Shown: positions 29,396 to 42,068, counted from the first letter of the whole stretch. The stretch is DNA of 63,901 nt, filler included, from Octopus bimaculoides (GCF_001194135.2; 7 parts of 6 records of this genome joined end to end with filler, not necessarily neighbours in it); one strand, 5' to 3'. A program made the numbers and translations. Notes: generated by a model not told the origin, from the sequence alone.

Positions 29396-29777
29396 GTAGA
29401 TAGATACATAGACAGATAGACGTGCACATACATACACATACATGCACACACATACACATAGAAATTATGCATATGTGCACGTAAGTATAGAAGCAGGTAT
29501 CCTTATATATGCTTGTATTTTCGAGTTGAAAATTATTTTGGTCTACTCTCACTACATTTGTATATTTTTTACACTTGTCCTTCTAATTCATTCATGTCTC
29601 ATCAGTAACTCCGATCTCTATCTATGGTGCTTCAATCGAATTCACAAGCTTGAGTATAAGGAAATGATATACTCAACATAGATAATAGCCGCTCCCTGCT
29701 GTGGAGATGTCTTTCTTTTTTATGTATGTCTAATACGTGTATGACGTAGTGTTAATTACCCATTTTCAAAATCCCGA

Positions 29778-29816
<39 letters not shown>

Positions 29817-30558
29817 GGTGTGTGGGTGTGTGTATGCGTGTGCGTGTGTGTGTGCGTGCGTGCGTGTGCGTGGGTATACATATATGTATGTATGTATATA
29901 TGTATATATATATATATATATATATNNNNNNNNNNNNNNNNNNNNNNNNNNNNNNNNNNNNNNNNNNNNNNNNNNNNNNNNNNNNNNNNNNNNNNNNNNN
30001 NNNNNNNNNNNNNNNNNNNNNNNNNNNNNNNNNNNNNNNNNNNNNNNNNNNNNNNNNNNNNNNNNNNNNNNNNNNNNNNNNNNNNNNNNNNNNNNNNNNN
30101 NNNNNNNNNNNNNNNNNNNNNNNNNNNNNNNNNNNNNNNNNNNNNNNNNNNNNNNNNNNNNNNNNNNNNNNNNNNNNNNNNNNNNNNNNNNNNNNNNNNN
30201 NNNNNNNNNNNNNNNNNNNNNNNNNNNNNNNNNNNNNNNNNNNNNNNNNNNNNNNNNNNNNNNNNNNNNNNNNNNNNNNNNNNNNNNNNNNNNNNNNNNN
30301 NNNNNNNNNNNNNNNNNNNNNNNNNNNNNNNNNNNNNNNNNNNNNNNNNNNNNNNNNNNNNNNNNNNNNNNNNNNNNNNNNNNNNNNNNNNNNNNNNNNN
30401 NNNNNNNNNNNNNNNNNNNNNNNNNNNNNNNNNNNNNNNNNNNNNNNNNNNNNNNNNNNNNNNNNNNNNNNNNNNNNNNNNNNNNNNNNNNNNNNNNNNN
30501 NNNNNNNNNNNNNNNNNNNNNNNNNNNNNNNNNNNNNNNNNNNNNNNNNNNNNNNNNN

Positions 30559-30589
<31 letters not shown>

Positions 30590-31712
30590 AACGACAGAAT
30601 TCTTTCAGCTTCAGTAACATATCCACAAGAAGACATTTGCCGAAGGTGTTACGCAGTGGATTGAACTCGAGACCAATATTTGTATGTATTTGTATATTTG
30701 TGTATACACAAATACACTCACATATATTCATACATGCATACGCACATATAAGCATACATACTAGTGTACTTGTCAGTTTTTGTATGTTTTTGTATGTGCT
30801 CGCGCTTGTGTGTACGTGTATGTATGTATATATGCATGTATGCATACATGTATGTATGTATGTATCGTGTGCGAGATAGCGAGACGAGCCTAAGGGAAAA
30901 CGTCGCTTTTCTCTGAATCACCGAATCTACGAATCAATGAATCAATGAATCCATCAATCGATCTGCAAATCGATAAACAGTGAAAAGTGGTGAAATAAAC
31001 AAACGAATGCAAAATAAATACATCGATAACGTGTGAAGATACAGTTACAAGTGTGAATTGTGATGTCACTGAATCTATTGAAAAGCTGAAAGATGAAACA
31101 AAACGAAAGAAAATTCCAATGAAAATTTTCATTATTATCAATAACATCTCGATATGTCTTTATACGTTAAGTCTCTGTCAGAACATATTATCTCATATGA
31201 AGTATTTGTATTTGGATTTCACATTAATAGTATATATAATAAATATCGAGATAACCAATGGAGGAACATAATTTTATAGCTGTTTATATTGCTATGATAA
31301 TTCGTGCTGAACATTGACACTTAGAGACATTCAGACAATCACACGCTATGCTTGTTTGTACAGAACAGACTTTGTTTATATTTGTTTTTAATTTCACGTA
31401 TATTTGTTATTGTGTATGCGTGTATGTATGTAAGTTCGCATGTTTGCATGTATGTATTTTTGTATGTGTGTATGTGTGCGTGCGTATGTATGTATACGCG
31501 TGAGTATGTATGTACGGGAGTGAGTATCATGTATGTATGTGTGTGTTTATGTATGCATGCATTAAGCGCATATACATGTGTGTGTGTATACGTGCAGTAC
31601 GTATTTGTAATATGCATATATACTTAAGTACCGATCTCTCTCTCTCTCTCGCTCTCTCTCTCTCTGTATATGTATACATACATATATATACATACATAAT
31701 ATATATATATAC

Positions 31713-31760
<48 letters not shown>

Positions 31761-31816
31761 ATATATACGATTNNNNNNNNNNNNNNNNNNNNNNNNNNNN
31801 NNNNNNNNNNNNNNNN

Positions 31817-31828
31817 TTAATTAATTAA
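31817..31828. other. Artificial scaffolding linker TTAATTAATTAA (also 37467, 39241, 47614, 61677, 62824)
   Basis: The same 12-mer, with stop codons in all six frames, is centred in N runs of near-identical length at six sites. Confidence 0.9.
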
Positions 31829-31962
31829 NNNNNNNNNNNNNNNNNNNNNNNNNNNNNNNNNNNNNNNNNNNNAAAATAATAAGAATGATGAAGTGGATAA
31901 ATATAAAAAAGAAAAAGGAAAAAGTGGTGGTGGTGGTGGAGAAGAAGAAGAAGAAGAAGAAG

Positions 31963-31993
<31 letters not shown>

Positions 31994-32494
31994 GATTTGT
32001 AAGATGAGGTTATGGTGTGTATTGGAGTGAAGATATCATTAAAGTGGATTGCATGGCGTGCAGAGTGACAGGTAAGTTTTGATGTGTTTAATTTCAAGAA
32101 GGAGATCCTATAACAGATCATGCTACAATGTACAGCTTGTTTTTAGGCAGTCGTCTGCAGCGACGACACCGGTGGCAAGATAAAAAAAAGACTGAAAACG
32201 AGAGGGACTAAAGACACACACACACACACACACACACATGTATTTATTTATCTATACGTTCATATGCATATGTGATCATAAGAAAATATGTCTGTAATTG
32301 TATTATTCCTGTTGGCATAGTATTATATGACACCTACGCAGTTATGTCCCTCATGCTAGTGTTTGAGGTAGTCAGTGTTTTTTAACACCCAGCGTCTTCA
32401 AGGAATTTCCCCCTCTGATGCTATTCCGCACGAGTGCATGAACAAAACACATACAATGAGCATTGTACTATCGATTATATATGGATAGATAGAT

Positions 32495-32542
<48 letters not shown>

Positions 32543-32979
32543 GGACGGACGGACGGACGGACGGACGGACGGACGGACGGATGGATATCGTCAGTGGATC
32601 ATATATCTGAAGAAGAAGAAGCACACTCTAGAAGTTAGAGCAGTAATGTAAATATATGCCCGGTCATAGAGTGACCAATGGTTTTGCATCCATAAAGTGC
32701 TTGTCTTTATAGACGACTCGTCAGACTTCAATAGCCGCGAGCATACAACCTCTTTTCAACTGGAGGTATAAAGCTGTTATGGTCAGTTAATCTCTGTGAA
32801 CAAAATATTAATATGCACTGTCTGAGCCTTAAACGGGGCGAGTTATCGCCTTTAGACTGGTCCGGCTGACAATCTTATGAGCATAAACAAAATCTCCGCC
32901 CTTAGGCTGTTTCTAGTCCGCAAATGCTTTCTACAGCCCTAATCGACGAACGGAGAATCCCACGCCTGCAGCATGTAGC

Positions 32980-33420
32980 GTTTGAAACGGGGGCAGGGGC
33001 TATAGATCTCATACTTTGAGTTTAAGAGAGATTTCTGGTCAAGCACGTTTTTAAGGCTCCTTGTCCGCTCTAGTTTGCAAAGCTTACATCGTCCACTCTC
33101 ATTTAAGTAGGACTCCGGCTGCTCTATGATCCTCCATTTAATTTTGTATGGAGTTCCTTCGTCCTTAAGTCACCACATGTGGTTGGCCAGGGACGTGACA
33201 TAACGTCTTTCCAGAAGCCTAAGAGAGGATTTGTGGTTCTACTGGCGCCACTTAAAGGCAGTTCCGGCCGACATGATATATCTCTGATCTTGAGTGTTAG
33301 TTGTGTCCTTGCCTCTGGTGTATCTTCCGTTGGCTCTGGGCCTGGAGCTGTTGTTTCTACTGTTGTTATTGGAGTTGTCATGCGTGTCTTTCCTGACGTA
33401 TTAAGCTTTTGAAAATTGGA
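32980..33420 (-). mobile_element. Second Penelope-like fragment (GIY-YIG C-terminus), strongly decayed
   Basis: Minus-strand frames give TAFKWRQ*NHKSS, TSLANHMW*LKDEGTPYKIKWRIIE and GRCKLCKLE...KSLLNSKYE, matching PLE endonuclease C-terminal motifs. Confidence 0.7.
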
Positions 33421-33552
33421 TCAGCATAGTTAGTCCATCAGAAGTTGATGCGTACAGTTGCCAACAACTGATGGTGTATAGCCCTGAAAAGAACTATTTG
33501 AGTAGAGACATTGGGGTTTAGTAAAGAAATAGCAATAGAGTAGAAAGAGAGA

Positions 33553-33642
<90 letters not shown>

Positions 33643-33659
33643 ACAAAAGGCATAGCAAC

Positions 33660-35270
33660 CGACGTGATGGTGACAAGATTGGCTCTTGATCAAATCTTCA
33701 ATGCCAAGCAGGAAGGTTGCATTGTCAGGGCTAGAAAATGAAGGTTGCATTGTCAGATGTGGGAATGAAAGCCATTTGATGGGCCTGGACAGCAGAAATG
33801 CAGCGTGGTAGCAAAGCCACAATTTAGTCTTTGATGGACTGGGATGAGCTCTTGGTTTGTGAACCCAAGCAGATGTATGCAGCATTTCAGTGGCACTGTC
33901 CGGAGTGCACAGTAGGTCAGAAATGGAGTGGAATTTAGCTCCTATCTCAATGGCCTGCTGCAGCTTTCAGCTAGGGATGCAGATTTTTGTGGAATGCTGA
34001 TAACAATCGACAACACACATGACCCAATGACTAACTGCACAACAGTTGGATGGTCTGCTCTTTGGGCATTATTTTCATATGTCAGACTTTTTCGTTGATC
34101 TCATAGCAGATGTCTCCTACAGTTGGAAGATAAAGCTATCAATACGTGGAGGCTGTGCTCACAGCGGCTGGTTTCGGTCCTGTTTGCAGAGACTAGATTG
34201 CAGCAATGTACAGTAACATCTGTTCTGTGGTCAAAGTAAAAGGCCAAATATTGGAGTCATTTAGTATCGCATATTCAATCCATCAAGGATGCCCACTCAA
34301 GCTCCTTCAGTACAAGCTGGCTCTCAAGTTATTACTACAAAAGATGGATGTTTCGAAGTCATCCCACGTGAACTAGGACGCAGAAGATTAGCATCAGCTT
34401 ATGCGAATGACATTGCTGTAATACTATCAGACATCTTTGACGGAGTTGCAATCCTGGATCAAGTGTTAGCCAAGGAGGGTGCTTGACACCTGGCATGTTG
34501 GAAAGCGCTCAGAGCCCTGTGCCAGTCAGGCAATGTGGTTGGCGAAAGTACTGCCAAGGATTTCTATCGGGTGTTAGGGGAGCGCAACAGCGATGTCCTT
34601 GAGAAATCTCTGGACATCAAGGGAGATCAATTAGCTGGTCTTTTTCGGAGGGCTTTCAGGGCAGAGCCTACAAATAACTTCCAGAAATATCTGACCTGGC
34701 AGTGCTACCAGAGATCTGTGCTAAATCAAGATAAACTCTAGAGATGCAGAAGTACGGTCGGACAAACCTGTCTGAGATGCATGCAGGGTGATAAAACCAT
34801 TCTGTAAACATTTGTCCAGTGTCCAGGAATTCTTACCTTGAGGATCTTTGTTGAATAGTTGTTTCATATAGGGTAGATTTGGCAAAGATCACCCAATGCC
34901 TTTTTTTGGCCAGGTAGGGCAGGCAGTTTTTCTCTGTCTGGAAGCTAAAGCAAAAGAGGTAGCATAGTGGATAGGGTTGAAAGGACTGCAAACATACTTT
35001 CCTCTTCAGCCAAGCCGTCGTTGATTTTTTTTCAAGTTCCACTTGGAAAGGTAATTGAGGGTGGAGAGGTAAGTGCTACCTGCTCTCTCCCAGTATATTT
35101 GTTCAAAGGTAGGTGAATGTGGTAAGGATGATCTATGTGAATGGGCTTACTCTGAGCATGTGCCTGTAGGCTGCAGGGAATGAAGAGGAGAGAGGTGTCT
35201 TCCTGAAGTTTCCTTGGTGCTTGGAGTGTCAAAGATATGTGAGGTTCCTTGGTTGACACCAGGCAGAGCT
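33660..35270 (+). mobile_element. Tx1/L1-clade LINE ORF2 fragment (RT plus CCHC)
   Basis: SIHQGCP at about 34284, SAYAND (YADD) at 34400-34411, C-terminal CLRCMQGDKTIL..TFVQCP near 34770-34825. Many stops. Confidence 0.75.
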
Positions 35271-35422
35271 TCTCTCCTTTTAGGGAATGTCATTGTTTAA
35301 TATTTTTTGGAGATTGTTATTGTTTTGTCTGCTTACACGTGCTACATGTAAAACCCCACTATCTTTCGTGTAGTATTGTCCTTTTGTTTTTGGTGCAGCC
35401 CTTCTGGTCACTACCAAAAGAA

Positions 35423-35499
35423 TTCTTCTTCGTCTTCTTCTTCTTCTTCTTCTTCTTCTTCTTCTTCTTCTTCTTCTTCTTCTTCTTCTTCTTCTTCTT

Positions 35500-35567
<68 letters not shown>

Positions 35568-35595
35568 CATCATATCATTATTATTATTACTATTA
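35423..35595. repeat. (TTC)n followed by (ATT)n microsatellite
   Basis: Direct reading. Confidence 0.95.
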
Positions 35596-35599
35596 ATTG

Positions 35600-36022
35600 T
35601 TGGTGAACTGGCAGAATCATTACCATGCTGGGTAAAATGCTTAGCAGCATTTCATCTATCTTTACGTTCTGAGTTCAGATTCTGCCGAGGTCAAGTTTAC
35701 ATTTCATCCTTTCAGAGTCAATAAAATGAGTACCAGTGAAGCAATGGGGTTGATGTAATCAACTAGTCCCCTCCCCCAAAATTTCAGGTTTTGTGCCTTC
35801 AGTAGAATGGATTATTATTATTAATTGGTGGTGAGTTGACAGAATCATTACCATACTGGGCAAAATTCTTAGTAGTAGTTTGTCTGTTCTCATGTTCTGA
35901 GTTCAAATTCCACCAAGGTCGACTTTACTTTTCATCCTTTCAGAGTCGATAGAAAAGGTACTATTTGAGTACTGGGGCTGATGTAATCAACTTAGCCCCT
36001 CTCCCGAAATTGCTGGCCTTGC
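35600..36022 (+). mobile_element. Two tandem family D SINEs
   Basis: Both begin tggtgarytgrcagaatcattacca...gttctgagttca...gtcgactttactttcatccttt. Confidence 0.85.
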
Positions 36023-36049
36023 AGTGCATACCATCAAAGTGATGCTAGA

Positions 36050-36565
36050 ATAAAATATATGATGCCCAGCATACCCAACATGACTACCCGTCTGATAAAG
36101 GTACACCAGGCACATTCTTCACAACCATATGTGCAGGACATGGTGATCTCATATTAAGATAAATAGCCCATGACCTTACAGGTGGGGGCCCAGTTAGAAT
36201 TTTCTTCAGGTTGAGTAGCCCATACCACCCAAATGGTCCTTGAATAAGGGTTGTTTAAGGATGTTGAACAAAATACCCATGTTTCCAGTGGTTAATTATT
36301 CAAACTCCAAAGCACTCCTCTCAATACATGGCTATGATGCTCCCCCACTACTTCTGCTCGTGATCAGAGACGCACATGTCATTAGCCACCAAAGGACATT
36401 CTCAACTGGTTAAGGTCAAACAACTGACAAGCAAATCTGTTATGCTGAGCAGAATATTTGCTGTAGCCTATCTTTTATGCCACAACAAAACAATGCACAT
36501 GATAACACTTCCATTCAGTTAAGATCAGAAACCATGAGAGCCAGTGTCTGGTACTGCATCAGGAC
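36050..36565. mobile_element. Unclassified interspersed repeat
   Basis: Non-simple ~500 bp block between a SINE and a LINE tail that I recall as an abundant octopus repeat. No coding motif seen; class not determined. Confidence 0.4.
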
Positions 36566-36609
36566 ATTTTTTATAATTATTATCATCACCATCATCATCA
36601 TCATCATCA

Positions 36610-37420
36610 TCACTTCATGTTTGGCTTTTGCTTGTATTTGTACAAGTTAGAAGTGTTATGACTAGGGTGCCATACTTTTGGTTTTGCATTCAGTATTGTT
36701 CTAGAGAATATCTGTCATAGCATTAGAAAATTAGAATTTTGTTTTTAAAGTAACTTGATTATAAGATGAGAGTGTGATCTTAAGATGACAGTAAAAGGTG
36801 CTTGCTATTAGGTACATTTAAAACTACTTTTGACAATATTTGCAGATTAAAATGTTTTGGGAATTATATAAACAATATTTTTCGTAGGATATGAGCAGTT
36901 CCCATGAGCATTACTTTTTTGATTTATTCCATTTTTAGATTTCCTGGTATCAGAGACAGGTAATTATCAATCCCTTTTGTTATCATTCCTAGGGCACCTA
37001 TGACAGCAGGTATTGCTTTTAGTCTTAAGATTCCACATTCTATCTGCCAAATTCTATCTCAAGGTCTTTATATTTGCTCAGTTTTTGGTAGGTCTTGACA
37101 GATGCATGTATGTCGATTAGGACAGTCATATTGATGAGGAGGCATGCTTTTTGTCTGAAATCTTTTAGTATAATGTTCGGCCTATTTTGTTATATGGACT
37201 GTTGGATGTGTGGTTCGTCTGAGTTCATTGTTTCATTATTGTTGTTTTGAATGATTGTGGTAGTAAAATGTCATTGATATATATGGCGGACATGACTTTT
37301 GTTTATTAGCATCAAACTTTGGGTGAGTGCGTTCTTTGTATGTAATTGAATAATAAATGTAATAATTAAATTGTACAACTCGTTGTCTTTTCTCTGCGAG
37401 TCTCCCGAGAGGAATACAAC
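36610..37420 (-). mobile_element. R4/Dong-like LINE 3' end with REL endonuclease
   Basis: QNRPNIILKDFRQKACLLINMT...KLSKYK-LEIE...WNLKTKAIPAVIGALG...QKVMLMGTAHILRKIL, followed by a 3' UTR running into a (CAT)n tract. Confidence 0.85.
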
Positions 37421-38229
37421 ATNNNNNNNNNNNNNNNNNNNNNNNNNNNNNNNNNNNNNNNNNNNNTTAATTAATTAANNNNNNNNNNNNNNNNNNNNNN
37501 NNNNNNNNNNNNNNNNNNNNNNGTGTGTTAGTCAAAGAAATTTCAACTTTGATTTTCACGTTTTATTTACAATCTTATATTAATATAATATAATATAATA
37601 TAATATAATATAAAGAATGATAGAACATTAAATGTCCATTCTGATTGAACTAGTACTTTCATGCATTAAACTATGCAATCTCCAGGTCCATGTAGTTGTG
37701 GTGACAGTTATGTTTTACAATGTATAACTGCAGTGAGATGGCTAAACTGAATGTTAAGTTTGCAAACTGCATACTGACCAATGATTGCGTGTTAGGCGTC
37801 ACGGTTTGTTGAACATGTCAAGAGACCTGCATTTTGATCCTAGCCAAAGCAGTAATTGTTGGGCTATTTTTAGAAATGTTATTTACATTTCCCAAGGATT
37901 TTTTACATTTCAATTATCGTCGTTGTCGAAGTCGTTGTTGTTGTTGTTGTTTTTGCTGTTGTTCTTGTTGTTAGCGGTGTTGCTGGTGCTAGTGATGCTG
38001 GTGCTGCTGCTGGTGGTGCTGTCGCCGGTACTGGTGCTGTTGGTAGTAGGAGTAGCTGTGATAATTGAAATTTAAACCCCAAAATAAGATTAATTTTACT
38101 GACTTTTCTGTTGACTTAGCTAGTATTTTCCTGCTATCGTCATCATGAGCACCTTTAGTATTGTTCTTTTTTGTTAGTGATAATGGTCTAGCAGCAGAAA
38201 TAGCAGTTCTAAGTATTAGTATTATTGTT

Positions 38230-39150
38230 TATTTAGCTTGGGTTGGAATTTGTTAATAAAGTTCTTTTCCCTGATTTTTCTCTCAAGCTTGGACTGTGTA
38301 GCTAGTAGAATGGAAATATTATAAATATTTTCAGACCACATGTTGCTAGATGGTTACTTAAAGGTATCTGACGGACATCTGAGTATCTAATTTGCTGTCG
38401 ATGCACACGTGAACGTTCTGATTGTACATTTCCAGTCTGGCCTACATATAGTCAGTCCTTCACAATTCGGGCATTTGATGCAGTAAATTAAATTTCTACA
38501 TTTGCAGTTCATATTTGTGTTTGTGAATATTTTTCCGGTTTTTATGTTCATATATTGGAAGCTATGAATGCATTGGCATGTGCCACATTGGCTATCATTG
38601 CATTTAGATACAGTGAATGATTGGTCTGTGTTACTAAGGTCAACCTTTGCCTTTGTTAATAATTTTTTCATGTCTTTAGGCTTTTACCAAGTACCATAGC
38701 TCGATCTGTGATCATATCCTTTAATTCATTACTTTGAGCAATGATTGGTAGCTTTGCTTTGGCAATGTTGAAGATACTCTAGTGGCATGGATTGTGTGTC
38801 ACTATAAATGGTATGACTTGTTCCTGCTTTCCTCTTCTTTGGGTTGTCTTTAATTGTTGTATAAGTATTTGTATAGCCCGCTGTATGCCATTTTCTATAA
38901 GTAGAGACGGATATTTTTGTTTGAGCAAAAATTGTCTTAGTTCTGTTAGGCGAATGTTCCTGATATTCGCATCTTCTGTAATGGTACAAATATTGCTGGC
39001 TAGGCAGAGTGAGATGTTGCGTTTTGTATGTGGTGGGTGGCATGACATAACATTCGGGTATCGATGTGTGTCCGTGTGTCTGTAGTGTATATCTGTGGAA
39101 ATGGTGGTGTCCTTTTTAATTACCATTGTATCTAGGAATGATAACTTAGT
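38230..39150 (-). mobile_element. Penelope-like retroelement, RT thumb plus GIY-YIG endonuclease (3' fragment)
   Basis: LSFLDTMVIKKDTTISTDIHYRHTDTHRY...CHPPHTKRNI (ORF 38779-39171). CNDSQCGTC and MNCKCRNLIYCIKCPNCEGL-YVGQT (ORF 38387-38671 plus frameshift). Confidence 0.9.
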
Positions 39151-39157
39151 AATATAT

Positions 39158-39189
<32 letters not shown>

Positions 39190-39340
39190 TATATATNNNN
39201 NNNNNNNNNNNNNNNNNNNNNNNNNNNNNNNNNNNNNNNNTTAATTAATTAANNNNNNNNNNNNNNNNNNNNNNNNNNNNNNNNNNNNNNNNNNNNTGTG
39301 TTCATATATATATTTATATATATACATGTATATATATATG

Positions 39341-39376
<36 letters not shown>

Positions 39377-39507
39377 CATGCATATGCATATGTATATATA
39401 CATATATGTACGTGCATTTAAATATACATGTGTATCTATATATGTATATATAGATGTGTGTTTATACAGACACACACTTATTGATACGTATATATATGTA
39501 CACATAT

Positions 39508-39542
<35 letters not shown>

Positions 39543-39919
39543 ACTATATGCATTTCCATTGCATGGACACCCATTAGTATTCTTCCGCAACATTACAAAT
39601 TAGACGTCGCTGAAAGCCAATCATGTATCATATATTTTAATCACTCTTTCCCTTATACTTTTCTTCTTCTTTTCGCCTTTCGACCCCCCTTCCTTCTTTA
39701 CTCTCTTTCTCTATCTCACTCTCTTTCCTTGTTCTGCCTCTTTTCTTTCCTTCTGTCCCCTTTTTTCACCCCCGCCCCATCTCCCTTTTAGCCAGTCACT
39801 TCCTCTTTTGCAACATCACACCAACGCGTTTATACATTAGATTAATTCCCCGAAACGCTTAACAATTCCTCAGCTCCATATAAAATTCAGAGCAGGAAGT
39901 TAAATATTTGTATCTATTT

Positions 39920-39929
39920 CATTCACTCG

Positions 39930-39975
<46 letters not shown>

Positions 39976-40142
39976 TATCACCGTCGTAGTCGCCGTCGAC
40001 ATCGTTATCAATACCATAAATATTGCTATCGTGGTCATTATTATCATCATCATTATATTTATCATTATCCTTATCACCATCACCATCATCTTCATCATCG
40101 ACTTCGTTGTCGTCTTCATCGTTGTCATCATCATTGTCGTCG

Positions 40143-40187
<45 letters not shown>

Positions 40188-40490
40188 ACATCATCATTTT
40201 CAACATCATCATCAGCAACATCATCACCAGCAACATCATCATGGTGGTATTTATTATCATCATCAATGCATTTATCATCATCATCAGTCATCATCATCGT
40301 CGTTCGCATCATCATCATTATTATTAATCATTGTCATCATCATCATCGCCAACATCATCATCATAATTATCATCATGATGGTATTCATTCTCATCATCAG
40401 TCATCGTTGTCGTCGTTCGCTTCATCATCACCACCACCACCACCACCATCACCATCTTCATCATCACCATCGTCGTCGTCGTCCAACGCA
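39920..40490. repeat. (CAT)n-derived compound simple repeat
   Basis: Perfect and degenerate CAT/CAC/CGT triplets; source of the poly-D/M/S/I ORFs. Confidence 0.9.
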
Positions 40491-41618
40491 GCAATACTTC
40501 TTCACCGATATCCTCTTCTCAATCTATAAAGAATAGTCCATAACGCTCGTTGGTCACTCATCCGCAGACCAATCCATTTTTCGCCATTTGTCCTTGCTCC
40601 TGGCAAGGTCAACACGAACATTCCATCAGACGAAATCATGAATATTTATCGATATATTTCACCACTGTCTTTATTCTCCTTTTAAATCTTAACCCACTCA
40701 AAGATATTATCACCTCACTCTACTTTATGACGGTACAATCCTTGATATTTCCAACATTTTATCTTTCCATGCTCATTTCCATGTAGCAATCTAAATCAAT
40801 ACTTAATTATTTACTAGGAAATTTATTCCCTCTCCCACTCTTCATCTCACTCTTTCACATACTCCATCCATTCTCTAATTTATATCTCTCCCCTTCTCTC
40901 TCTCTCTTTATCTATCAATCACTATCTCTCTATTTAACTCTCACGTGCTTCCTTGCCTATCTTTTCCCGTTTTACTATTAACCTGACAATGGACACTCTC
41001 AGCCTCAGTATATTATATGATTATACTTACTTTCATATTTATATTTCATAGTCTCCTACTTTTGTCCCTTTAGTAACTCTCCTCTATTTCATCTCCTTTA
41101 ATCCTGTCTGTTCAAGCCTTAACTTCCTCTTATTATTCTCTCAGCATGTGGATAACTAAGGAAAATCCCTCTCCACTAACAATGTTTATTACATGCAACC
41201 ACGTGTAACATTTGAAATATTTCATTGACATAATGTAATAATAGTAACATGCATATGTGCCACGGATATTTCATGAACTGGTTCAGTTGATCGTCGGATG
41301 ACTTCTCAGCTTACGTCATGTGTGAAGATTTAAATTTCGATGAATAATCAGTAATGGACTATATCATTTTAGAATTGTTTAATTCTGTTATAGGTAGTTT
41401 TCTAGTGCTGTTCGGTTAAACACCTACACACACACACACACACACACATACATGCGCATACATATATATATATATTCAGTGACAATTATAATTCTCCTTT
41501 TTGGTAAAACATTGCAACCTGTTATTTATATTGCTTTTATATATACACATTAGTGAATCGCTAAATCATCCAATAATTTGGATGACGAAAATATAAATAT
41601 AAACAGTAACACCGAACA

Positions 41619-41687
41619 ATCGAGCGGTCTTAACTGATGAGGCAACGGATATTGCCGAAACTGACGTCAGTATTAAGAATTCTCGAT
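41619..41687 (+). ncRNA. Type I hammerhead ribozyme (canonical core), intronic, sense to the cyclase
   Basis: Stem I TCTTAA(41628-33)/TTAAGA(41673-78), extended by ATCGAG/CTCGAT. Core CTGATGA 41634-40. Stem II GGCAA/TTGCC with loop CGGATA. GAAA 41657-60. Palindromic stem III ACTGACGTCAGT. Cleavage triplet GTA 41670-72. Confidence 0.88.
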
Positions 41688-41909
41688 CGGCACTTTTCGG
41701 ACGATTATGGTCCCTGTTAGTGAATATGATTTCATTCATGTGCGTAAACCACAGCATTAGAACGGTTTAGCTCTTATTTCTAGCAATGTAGTTGTTTCCT
41801 AACACCCTAGTCACATTTAGTGACAATTATAATTTTCCTTTTTGGTGGAACATTGCGAGTTGATGCTTTTATATATATAAATGTGTGTGCGTGTGTACAT
41901 ACACTTATT

Positions 41910-42068
41910 AAAGTTGCAAAATCTTCACAAACTGTTACTCAAAGTTTCACGTTCCCGTTCTTTGGTCGCTTGTGATCATATACATGTATTGTGATAGTAT
42001 GATCACAACTGTCCCACGAACGGGAACATGGAACTCTGAGTAACTGTTTGCGAAGATTTCGCAGCTTT
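41910..42068. repeat. Palindromic MITE-like foldback
   Basis: aaagttgcaaaatcttcacaaactgttactcaaagtttcacgttcccgttc pairs with gaacgggaacatggaactctgagtaactgtttgcgaagatttcgcagcttt. Inner ttgtgatcata/tatgatcacaa. Partial second copy near 51095-51135. Confidence 0.85.

Noticed and set aside
32485-32586. Stepwise GATA-GACA-GACG-GATG microsatellite gradient
   Set aside because: An ordinary compound tetranucleotide repeat, with similar ones at 29335 and 42650.
39908-40529. Poly-Asp/Met/Ser/Ile ORFs resembling acidic biomineral or low-complexity proteins
   Set aside because: All frames are open because of a (CAT)n-derived repeat; no splice signals or signal peptide.
41607-41743. Open frame TPNNRAVLTDEATDIAETDVSIKNSRSALFGRLWSLLVNMISFMC with a gtaaac donor
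   Set aside because: No pyrimidine tract at the acceptor and no cyclase similarity. The composition is better explained by the hammerhead fold.
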